From Trichoplax adhaerens (taxonomy: Eukaryota > Animalia > Placozoa): a stretch of DNA of 64,000 nt. Below the pieces are notes generated by a model that did not search any database, was not told the DNA's origin, and saw only the letters and a list, made by a program, of their open reading frames with translations. The stretch spans positions 2,919,302-2,983,301 of the forward strand of contig NW_002060943.1 of NCBI RefSeq assembly GCF_000150275.1, given 5' to 3'. The translations under genes and the position numbers were made by a program. Positions 28,945 to 40,400 of this stretch are shown one piece after another; the stretch's first letter is position 1; each line of letters begins with the position of its first letter.

Positions 28945-30356
28945 CTGTAGAGTACAGTAGATTGTACCGTATTGTACAATGTACAGTACAAAGAACATGA
29001 TGCTCGCGAAGTTTTGGACTTTGCAAAGTCATGCAGACTCATGCTGCATGTTCGCACATGCGTAGAAAGAAGAATCACGGACTGGTAAAAAGAAAGAGAC
29101 CGGGACATTACTGTATATTGTACCTTAGTGCAAATTGCAAAAGAATATGAAGGCTTAGCATTTTTTCGGTCATTCTACGCTACCGAGGAAACCGTATGGA
29201 TCACTTCGATTCGGCGGACCTACTCAGTTTTACTCTACTCTACCAGACCGACGTCTAATCCAATTGATCCTTCTTTTCTTTTACTTGCTGTGCAAGTCTG
29301 CAAGTAAAAGAGAGCGATGTTTTTTTTTAGCGCTTGCATGATTTGAATGACTGTATTGAAAGTAATTTTTCAAGTGTGGTATGGGACATGATATAGTACA
29401 GCTTCTTTAGCAGATCTCTGTGTTTCAATGTCAATATACTGTATAGTATATGTCCATTGTACAGTACAACAGTACTGTATACCACAAAATCAACTTGCAG
29501 GTTACTAGCAGCAGCGAATTGATAATCAGCCTGCACATTCTGAATACAGTACAGTATAGCAAACAACTGTTTGCTGTCTTGTCTCTTTCTTTTAGTAGTC
29601 CCTGGTACTGTAGAATCCGTCGGCTCCAGTCCTTGGAGGCAGCACAGGTACTGTACAGTTGTACAATACAGTCTGATCTGGTCCCCGGACCCACGGCTAC
29701 AGTACACAGTACAGTAGTACTGTACTGTACAGTATGCTGTACTGTACGAGTACAGTCTACAATACTATACTGTACAGTGTACAGTACAGTACAAGGACGG
29801 TAAAAGAAAGAAAGAAAGCAATGATCTACTGTACTGTCATACTGTACACTACTACCGTTCTACTGTACTGTACAGTACGATGTGAGTTCAATTAAAAAGC
29901 CAAGTTATTCAGCTTTATATTCGTATCATTTTTATTACATTTTGATTCACTCTCGTGATTTTAGGGTACCTTAAAGTGTACGACGGACATACGGACGTAG
30001 TACTACGTACAGTAGTGAGTGCAGACCATTGAGGTACTGTACAGTACAGTACAGTGTGTAGAATTTCCTTCTACTGTAGATAAATCAGTGAATATTTTTA
30101 TGATTTACAAATACTGTAAAACCCATAAAACTGTACAGTAGAGTACCCAGTTAAAGTACTGTACAGTGTACTGTACTGTACAGTACTGTAAACTACAGTA
30201 CACTGTACTGACTTCCAGTACTGTACCGTACTATACTGGCTGTATGCATACTCTTGTATTGTACCGGGTATCATGTGTCATACGGTATAGGACGACTCAA
30301 CCACAGTTTATAGTACTGTAGACTACTTACTGTACTGCACTGTACTGTACTGTATA
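28945..30356. repeat. Interrupted ACAGT/ACTGT pentamer array with many TACTGTACAGTA palindromes, in the PSPH-VKOR head-to-head intergenic region
   Basis: Dense runs such as gtacacagtacagtagtactgtactgtacagta (29702-29734) and gtactgtacagtgtactgtactgtacagtactgta (30157-30190), in both orientations. Confidence 0.9.
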
Positions 30357-30419
30357 GGCATCTAGTCAATGCCAAGGATTCATTCATACTGGACTGAACT
30401 GCCAATATTGATTGCAGAA

Positions 30420-30478
30420 CGTCATACGCTGAAGATTGAATTGCAAGCCGTCAGACGCTGAAGATTGAATTGCAAGCT
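30420..30478. repeat. 29-bp tandem duplication ~80 bp upstream of the VKOR start
   Basis: cgtca(t/g)acgctgaagattgaattgcaagc twice in a row. Confidence 0.85.
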
Positions 30479-30558
30479 GTGGATATTGTCGACAATTTCT
30501 GGTTAGCCGTTGAAGAGAGAATTTCCTCAACTATTCTTTACATTTATTGGAGATCGCG

Positions 30559-33500
30559 ATGGCAATTAGCCCTCAACGAGGTGGAAGGATTTCAGCTGGT
30601 GTTGCTGTGATGTCCTTGGTTGGATTGGCGTTATCCGTTTATGCCTTGCATGTTGAGACAACAAAGGAAAGTAACAAAAACTACAAGGCGTTTTGTGATT
30701 TTGGTGCATCCATCAGTTGTTCCAAAGTTTTCACCTCTAAGTAAGTACCCACTATTCAAAATCGACATAATACTTCACCAATATTATTGTAGCATGAATT
30801 TACTTGGCATTTCATAAATGTCGGTATTCGTCATGGCCAAGATTGGATGCTACATTGATACATGTCCGATGGGACTAGCATTCATGGTCCATTCGACAAT
30901 GACGAGTCAACTGCATCCTCTTGATAGTATCCGATCAAGATTCAATTAAAATCGACATCCGACTAGGTTTTACACCTTCTACAACAAGCTATAAATACTA
31001 GGAAAAAGGGTTGCATTCTACCAATGCTGCCGCAACAGCTGTTTACTTGATATCGATCCCTTCACGGATGTCAGTCTTACTATGGACTAGACAGTGCACA
31101 ATGAAGGATATCATTTTGATGGTATTCCTATTCCATATTCTACCAAAATTTCAATACCTACTTTCGATTAAATTCTACCCGGTCCATATTACACTAACAA
31201 TTGTAGTAAAGTAGGTTGTATTAATCTATCACCGCTAAAATACACCTATGGATAGTGTAGACTAACTGTCAGCGAAATAATCACAGCATTCTAGGACTAC
31301 TGTACAGCACTCCATCCCTACCTATCTAATATTGGCCAGCAATTTCACTGATACAGTACGGTAGTTATGAAATTTTCCTTTCCGATAGCGACCTTGGATA
31401 GCGATCCAACAAGTCAAAATAAATTTTGTGTTACTAATTTTGAATGATTCACCGCTTGCTTGTCATTAAGAGTCATAATATTCATTCGGCGGTAAATGGG
31501 TACAGTAAGTAATCAATCAATCGGTAAAATACGGCTAGGTTGCTTTAGCAATATTGCACGCTGTCATTACAAATATATTGTACAACGGCATTATGGACAA
31601 GGCAATAAGTAAACTGCAATTGGTGGTGAATCTTTCAATATCCTATACCATGAAGAAGACGCAGTCTTGATAAACTTCTGTAAGGTGGTATTCATTTCAC
31701 TCTATTTTTCCATCACGGTAGTAAATAGAGATGGCTTAATGGTTAATATCATTGATGATCGGTATTAACCCTTCATAATAAGTAATAAAAAGCTAAAATA
31801 GTGAATAACATAATTAAAACTGTAAGTTGGCCAACAGCGATCTACGACAATAGGATATTATCCCAATAACTCTGTAATTACAACAATAGATGTCAATTTA
31901 TTACATGTATCTAAACACATTCAAAGTAGCCAATATCTCTCTCGTTATATTTAATCATCGTACATTATTATAACCTATTCATTGCACACTAAAACAAACG
32001 AAAAGATTTATAAGCAATGATTTCACGGTTGATGATATTTTTGTCTAGCCAGGGATGCTACTATCTTTTCTATGTTTTCCTATCAACTATCACCTTTCTT
32101 TTGTTCTGCCATTGAGTCATCGGTTTTGCTTAGTAAATTCACCGCAATTTATTTTACATCTGTGCCATCTGTGTTTGTAAAGACATTAATTCTCCCGTTC
32201 AAAATGTTTCTAGCATGAATTTACTCATCAAAATAACCAAAGTTCCTATAAAGTAGGTCTAGCAATTAGCATAGTCACAATTAAGCACGAAAAAAAAATC
32301 TTGGCGGTGTTTGTCATCTTGCAAAGTAGCACCGATAACAATATTGATTTTGGAAATGCGATCCCTTTGTTGATAGATATTAATCACAATCCAAAATTAG
32401 CCTGCATGTAATATTAATATACGGTCATAACGAAACAATATACAATATGTACAGGATAAAACTGGTACGTACTTTTTAGAGTCCAAAGAATAAATGAGAC
32501 GATATTGCTATGTTTGCTAAATTCAATAACGTACGGTAAAAGTTTGGCATTCCATAAGCATAAAATTGACTGCACATTATAGGTGTATCTGCAGTTTCAC
32601 TCGAATAGAAAGAAATTAATGGCTAACCTAGATGCCCCGTATTTAATGTCTTATAGCCACATTAAATTCTACTTTAATTATTAATAATAGCCCTTTGAAA
32701 AATTGATAGCAAATTCGGTTAAGAATTATGGATATTGTGTAGGTAGCTAGTAGTAGTAACATTGTATTATATGGAATGTCAATGGATATTGTCATAATCT
32801 CGGATCAATTTAGTTATCCAGCATTAATAATTAGTTTCCAATATCCTCTGTAGACAACTGTATTCGAGATGGCGCGTGGACGCATTTCTACATGACGATA
32901 TATCATAAACATCAAGCACAATAAAAGGCCACAGATAACTTAAACAATAGCCAAATAGTTGTTTAATCTTCTTACAATCGTTAATTTTTGGACTTTCTAC
33001 TATGACACTATTCCTGTATTACAATAATTTGCATTTTAAGCAATAAAGCAACAATTATGCAAAACAGATTGACATAATTACTTCTGACACTGAAGTAGGC
33101 GCAATATTTCAACACCTTAAAATATAATGGGTTTCTATAACATACTGTGGCAGATTAAGATGTATAAAATAAGAGTGCTCAGTATTTATACTTTTGACTT
33201 TGTAACCATAAAGCTAATTTTATTCCCTTGTCTTTATTTTCTAAGATACGGCAAAGGATTCGGTTTAATCGCTCCTATTTTTGGTCAGCATAGCTCCTTA
33301 AATCAGCCTAATAGCATTTATGGAATAATTTTCTATTGCATACAAATATGTCTTGGTAAGGAGTGAATTAGCATTTTTCGTAAAAGTTAGCTTTATTAAC
33401 ATTCATTTATACTGCAAAATAAACTTACATATATTCGGACGTAGCTGACAATTCACTAAATACTAAACAATGCATTCTTTTTTTGTATTTAATTCCCTAT

Positions 33501-33749
33501 ATGTATACAAACTGGTACTGGTGGCGGTTAGCCTTTCATCATACTTTAAAGATTACAAGAATCGTTCTAGCAATGTCATTGCTATCGTGTATTGGATCCT
33601 TTTATCTAGCGTTTGTTTTAACATTTGTTCTACACGATTTTTGTCTGGTGTGTGTTTCAACATATATTGTCAATGCGGTAGTATCCTTTTTAAATTTTAA
33701 ACGCATGAGCATTGCTAGACGTCTGGAGCTAGCAAAAAAGAAAGCGTAA
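30559..33749 (+). CDS. VKORC1: Vitamin K epoxide reductase family protein, 169 aa (VKORC1/VKORC1L1 pro-orthologue)
   Basis: Exons 30559-30740, 33246-33355, 33532-33749 (510 nt). [12 protein letters not shown], loop cysteines AFCD...[23 protein letters not shown], active-site CLVC, STY, C-terminal KKKA ER-retrieval signal. Exon 3 acceptor has a weak pyrimidine tract. Confidence 0.95.
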
Positions 33750-34568
33750 CCCTTCGCTCTAATTAAATCTGATACATTCAACAAATGCCTAAGATATTTA
33801 TTGTAACTAACATGTGAACTGGGTAAGAGATATATACTGTATTACCAACGATAGATTATCATGAATATTAGGAAGAAATTAATATATATGCTCATTATTA
33901 TAGTTCTAGCGCGTCCGAATATATATTATTATTTATTATTAAAACAAATTCTTACTTTTCAGATTTTTAAGCCAAAATAGTACTGTTTCGTTTTATTTGC
34001 GTTTAAATCTCAACTTACGTAATAATGCTGTATTGTCGTATACGTAGAAATAATAAAGTGCCCAGTAAACAAGATTATGCACCGCGTAGAACATATTATA
34101 AATTATTCAACAGTCTACTGAATTTATTTACTGAATAACAGAACTCGCATCCCTGAGCTAATGCCACGTCAGCAGCTTAGAAACGATTTGTCAAATTGAT
34201 CACAACTTTATAACACCTACGTAAACAAAAGAAAATGAAGACTTGCTACAATGCTTTCGTAGTCGTTATCTGATGGCTAAGTAGACATGCATATAGTAAA
34301 TAAAATATTCAGCCGGTTGTACTAGGAATCTACATGTGACTGATGGCTAATTACATAGCATGCATATTACAGGTAACAATTTGTACACATGTATTCGCTT
34401 ACGTTTCTCACTTATCCACATATGCATAATATTATTACAATTAGCAACGTTAAATCCCTAGTAACTCAATTCTAACAGTTCTAGTTGATTCTACGTACAT
34501 ACAATATCTAACATTTTTAAAATAGATCTTGGGTAGTTCAAGTTAGCATCGATATCAACCAAGAATGG

Positions 34569-36739
34569 TCATTGATTATCCGCGTCTTCATCATCGGCAT
34601 CCTTTGTTGCACCGTGACCAATGAGATATCCAACATTTTAAATAGATGAAATAAGCAATTAGCAGTTTCGTCAAAAAATTGAATATATCATAGAAGTGAT
34701 TATGGAATGAAAAGACGAAGTATAATTGTCTACCTGATTTGTAAATTCTCTATCTTCATCGTATTGAATTGCTGTATCAATTTGATACATGATGGCTTCA
34801 ACCGAATCTTCCGAATTAAAATTTAGAGCCAGAAACTTAACAAGGCTATAATCTTCTATCTACAAGCATAAGAAAAATATTAGAAGTATAGGGTCGAAAA
34901 GGTTACGAACATTAATGTCATTCTAATTCGGTCAACTTTTGGATAATCTACTCAGTACAGTATGTAATAATTATTAAAATTGACATAGAAATTGTTAAAT
35001 TAGAGCACAATAAACGGTGTTGTGCATATTTTGCAAAAATGTCACCACAACAGTTCTATAATTATATTATACCATTCGAGATATCATTGAATTCAATTTA
35101 TGAAATTTCTTTCCTCGAAGTTGATCCAGTTCGTCAGCCAAAGACTCGCAATCAGCATTCAGATATCTAACAAAAGATTGCAATAAGTTTATATTTAGTG
35201 CATTACTGCATACAGCCACAATTCTTTGTATAAGTATATGCACAATCAATTAATCAGAGTTACTCAAATAATGTACTTCAACTTTCGTACATCTAAATTG
35301 TCTAATCAATGCAACATATTTTTTACTTTGCTAAAGCTATTAATAACTGCATTCATGAAGGTTAAAATTATTGCATTATATCGGCTACAGAAAATACAAT
35401 ACCTCTCAATATTTTCCTTATCACCAGGACCTATCAAATCCATTTTTGACATAATGTTAACATGGGGAAGTTCTAAATTGACCATGCAAGACAATGCTGA
35501 CATTGTACCGGAAATAAATTTTGGAGCATCTATCATGAATTGGGAGTCAACCAGGTAAACAGCACAAGGTCGAATGTCCCACTTTTGTAAATGGTCAATT
35601 AAAGTTTTCATAATAGGGAAGTGTGTATAGAGCTCAATTTGACCTACATCAATTTATTAATAAAATAGACAATCGGTAGCCATTGAAAATGGCCGTAGAA
35701 AGAGAAAATACGCACTAATTTATTCTTGCGCCTATACGTGCAAGCAGAAATATCCTCTAAATATCACACAGTGTACGTCAAAGCATCATTGACCAACCTG
35801 GACAATCAAATAGAAAATAATCGTCTTCTACGTAGCCCAATTTTTCTTCTAGCCAATTTAAGTTATTTAATAAATATCTAAGACAGAAATATGTTTATAA
35901 TCCATTACATGAGCTGGAATACTATATACTGTATATGCCTGTTATAATTTGGCTATCAAGTTCTTTTGTTATCCAACCGTATTTAATAAGGCATGACTAT
36001 ACGAGACTCCATAAAATACAGGACAGTAGGTAGCAGAATCTGTCTGAAATCATAACTATCTTTAATTATTAAATATCGAATCACTATTGCAGTGAACCTA
36101 CTCCATGCAAAAGACTAGTCCGCCATTGGGGCCTAAGCGGAGATCTGGATCATCCATAACATCATCCACTTGTATTAGCTCACGAATATCTGCGTAGGAC
36201 AATTTTACGATTGCAATATGACAATAAATTAGGAGTAGACGAATCATTTGTAGCATGCAGTATAGTAAGTCAATCTTTAATTACTTTTTCTTACCTGCTA
36301 TCACTGGATAATCGAAATATTCAGCCGCAGGATCTAAATTGACCACATAAATTGAGCGTTTGATATTCTCACAATGTTTGACCATGTTACTACAGTAGGT
36401 AGACTGAAAGCAAGTTGTAATATCATCGTTAGTAACAGCCAATACACACCAACACAATAATGAGCAACACTAATGTAATTTAGTCATTTGGTATCCTAAG
36501 ATAGTATACATAACTCTAGAATGAGATAGTTGGTGTTTAGTTCTTGAAATATAAAGAAGTTGTCAACTCTGCATACGATTACGAGCTTATATGCTTCCGG
36601 AATCTATCATTACAATACCTGCTGGTATCTACGTATCACATCTACTTACTGTACACCAAAGTAAAAATCAACTTTAACCATCTCTTCATCTTACCTTGCC
36701 GCTACCCGCTGGTCCCATAACCAGTTGTGCATAGCGCAT
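34569..36739 (-). CDS. GPN3: GPN-loop GTPase 3, 271 aa
   Basis: Exons 36739-36695, 36403-36295, 36189-36102, 35877-35798, 35643-35403, 35166-35073, 34859-34734, 34601-34569 (816 nt). [58 protein letters not shown], acidic tail. Confidence 0.96.
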
Positions 36740-37127
36740 TTTTAACTACTCGTGCGTTGATGTGTTCGTGTGTAATTAATAAGAAAAGATTCTTTTGCTT
36801 CTATAATCCAATACCACTGATTTCAATCAATCAGTCATCAGAATTCGGCGCAGAATAGCACTGCCTTTCACTATTTGCAATACTCTACTGTACAGTTCGC
36901 AAAGGAACGACCTATCCGCATCACAATGACGCCACGGAGAGTATTAACGTACAAATGATGCTGTCTATCGACTAGATCAATCGAAATTGATTCACTAATC
37001 CCCTACAACGAAGTCGGACAGAATGAGCGTTGGCAATAATTGGAGTTTTAACCTAAATCATCCAAAGCCTAGCTGGAATCTGTGGCGACCTTGGTGTTCG
37101 TTCGTTTAGTTAACTTCAACGAAGAAC

Positions 37128-37175
37128 GTACAGTGTATAGTACTGTACAGATCTACAGTACAGCGTACTGTACAT
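37128..37175. repeat. Short ACAGT/ACTGT cluster in the GPN3-DAO head-to-head intergenic region
   Basis: gtacagtgtatagtactgtacagatctacagtacagcgtactgtaca; a further tactgtacag at 36886. Confidence 0.65.
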
Positions 37176-37499
37176 TGCAGCAGATTTTTGCGTGCATTAA
37201 ACCTGTCATGCTTGTCATTCAACTCATCGACTACCAATACAAGGTCTTTTTTTACTAGTCTATAGGCAAGGTAAATAGGTTCTCTCTAGTCTACCCGATG
37301 TTACGGCCAGTCTTATTCTAGTAAAGAAGTGTCTAAAGGGTGACAGTTACTTTACACAGTAAAAAATAGCATTTTCTACACTATTTTCAATATTGCCTCA
37401 GATAGAAACCACCCAAATTGCCTTGCAGGCGATTAATCATTTCATCTACCGGGTCCATCAAGGCGTAAACAGTTTGCTTGATCGATCTTATCCTTAGCC

Positions 37500-40400
37500 A
37501 TGGCCAATACGAAGAAGGTTTGTGTAGTTGGTGCAGGAGTAGTTGGGCTGTCTACTGCTTATTGCTTAGCTAATTGCGGTGGGAATATCGAGGTGACAGT
37601 CATTGCAGAAAAATTCTCTCCTAATACAACTGGAGATGGTGCTGCTGGTAAATGGTATCCTTCTCATCTCAGTCAAACACCAGAAATCGATCAAAGGTTA
37701 ACCGATAGTCAAGCTATGCATCCGTAATATTTCATAGCAATCGTCCTTGCTCTGTTCCTATCTAATGTACTGCACAGTACTGTAATAGCTCAAAGAGTAG
37801 CTGAATCAGGCGCTAATATTTCGCGAGCTGTAATGGCCTGCTACGATGATGTCATATTTCAGAGGAATAATCTGATTTTATAAACGTAATTGTACAATTA
37901 GAAAATATTGACAGAAAAATGAATGTTGAGCATACACCTTCTACCATAAGTTAGGATTATAACGCATCAAACTCTAAGCTTTGACCACCAGGATGGAAAT
38001 GATTCACATACAGATGTCTATCTCTCCCCGATAATTTTATGTAAACAAACATTCACTTGCGAGCTCTCTCCTCACGCTGCATCAAGCCCAACAGTCTTCA
38101 TCTAAATAAATTAGTTGGTTTCTGAATAGCTTATCATCACTGCTATCCATTCTGCTAATAATTTATGTATTTATAACAGATATTGCTGCAGTAGAGGAAC
38201 ATCACTTCCAATTTATTAGATAACTACAATTTATCAACGAAATACCATCTACACTAGAGACCCTCTATCAGAGAGGGTCTCTAATCTACATGTTTTAGCC
38301 ATTGTTTGTGTATTCGATTGAATATTAATTCTCTTCGCTTATCATATCAATAACTACACCGATCAATAGCCATTGTAAATTAGCGTCTATTTTGAATGAT
38401 TTTAGTTCACTTTTACTAAATTTCTTTTAAGAATTCCCGCAATATATTTTGATACGCAGCCTTCAATTTTGCTGCTATACACTATCTGGTAAATTGTGTT
38501 GCCACAATGCAATGTTAACTACTTTTCAATAGCAGATTTCGATTCTAGGATTGTATTAGTAGTAAATTTAAGATCACCAAGATATTTGATGGTAAAATTA
38601 AATTACATCTAATTCAATCTCTTATATTAGCAGTGTTGTTTCATTTAGCTTGCATCTAGTTTTCGAACGAGGATTGCTTACATGACTTAGTTATCATCTT
38701 CCACAGTGCTTATGTTTTAAGTGTCTTCAGACTATTCTCAGCGCACATTAAGAAAATATACGAGTCAGCTAATTTTTCGCTTTATAAAACAGCGATCATC
38801 TGAGAATGTTACTGTCGATTTTTATAGAATCGAAACAGTATCAAAATAGAATAAATTAAGTTAATAAACTCGGCTGTTGTCTAGTGTCCAGTATATCGGT
38901 TATTTTGAGCGCTGTATGAGTTTCCACGACATCTATTATGCTTTACACAGATATTGGTCTAATCATGGTAATAACATAGGTCTAATTAATGATAGTACTA
39001 AACTTTTACGTAAATGCAATAGTTAGAAGTGATATCTGTATATTTTCCATACAGCACAGTACTGCAGGACCACTACTAATTTTAGTGAGCTATCACGTCA
39101 GCAGTTTAGGATTTCATATTGCTGAACTTTCGTATCTACTGCAAGCAAAGCGCCCTTCAAATGATTGATCACGAGCTGTGTATGCCACAAATGACATTTG
39201 ACTTGGGCGCTCTGCTTCAGATTTGTAAACGTTGATGGTTTCATAACAAGCCTATAGAGACACAAATAGTTTACTTGATCGATCTTATCCTTAGCCATGT
39301 CCAATACCAAGAAGATTTTCGTAGTCAGTGCCGGAATAGTTGGGCTACCTACGGGCTTATTACTTTAGCCAATTGCGGTGCAAACATCGAGGTAACAGTC
39401 AGTCATTGCTGAAAAATTCGCTCCATATACAACTGCAGATGGTGCTGCTGGTAAATGGCACCCGTCTCATTTAGTCAAACACCAGAAATCGATCAAAGAT
39501 AAACCGATAGTGAAACTACACATCCGTTTTTTCCAATGCAATTCCCTCTTGCTCTATTTAATGCACTGTATTATTGGAGAAGGTAGCTGAATTAGGTGCT
39601 AATACTATACGTTGCATGCCGTGATCAGCCGGTATAGACGCTGACTTGCTTTGATAAAGTTTTGATTCGATTTTCTAAAATTGCATAGTATACGTCCACG
39701 TTGATTATTATTAGCAGAGACGAGTAAGTTAACATGCACCTCCCACCGTTTTGATTCGATTTTCTATAATTGCATCGTATACGTCCATGTCGATTATTAT
39801 TAACAGAGAAGAGGAGGTCAACGTGCACTTCCCACCATATTAATTAGGACCACAAAGTATCAATCATTTCAACTTTTTTACTACCGGTATATAGAAGTGA
39901 TACAGTACTATAAAATTCACATTAGTTCGAGTATACGAACATCACACTCTGTACACCAGTTATTATTTTTACGCAAACATCCGCCAATCTTCACTTATGG
40001 GCTATTTGTTTATGGCCAGATCAAGCCCATCAGTATACTGAGCTTGATCTACTCCATATAAGTCGATTAATTATAATTATTCAATAAGTTATCTCCAGTG
40101 AAAGATCCCTCTATCATTGCTGATATGACTTCTGCTAAGGAATTACGCATTAATGCATTCTAAATGTTATGTGTTGATTAGAAGCAGGGATATAAAGATC
40201 GCAATAACTTGTCATCACTTATTCAATTTAATACAAATTCTTTTACATTGTATCGCTTTAGTGATTTCAATTATTCACAGTAATTTGTGAGCTTTGGAGG
40301 TATAAATAGAAGGAACAGGGTATTCAACTAGTAATAATAACAGTAAGGAATAAGCAGTATGTGATGTAGAATTGCTGGTTACGCTAAAAAACAGTACAGT

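Noticed and set aside
29140-29165. gaaggcttagca resemblance to U6atac snRNA
   Set aside because: The invariant AAGGAGAG box is missing and downstream sequence does not match.
29327-29803. Three overlapping ORFs (126, 87 and 117 aa) on both strands
   Set aside because: YST/VQ/TVL-rich translations are products of the ACAGT/ACTGT repeat; no domain signal.
39499-39505. AT-starting intron after the duplicated exon as a U12 AT-AC intron
   Set aside because: Reads ATAAACC, not ATATCC; simply a mutated GT donor in a pseudo-exon.
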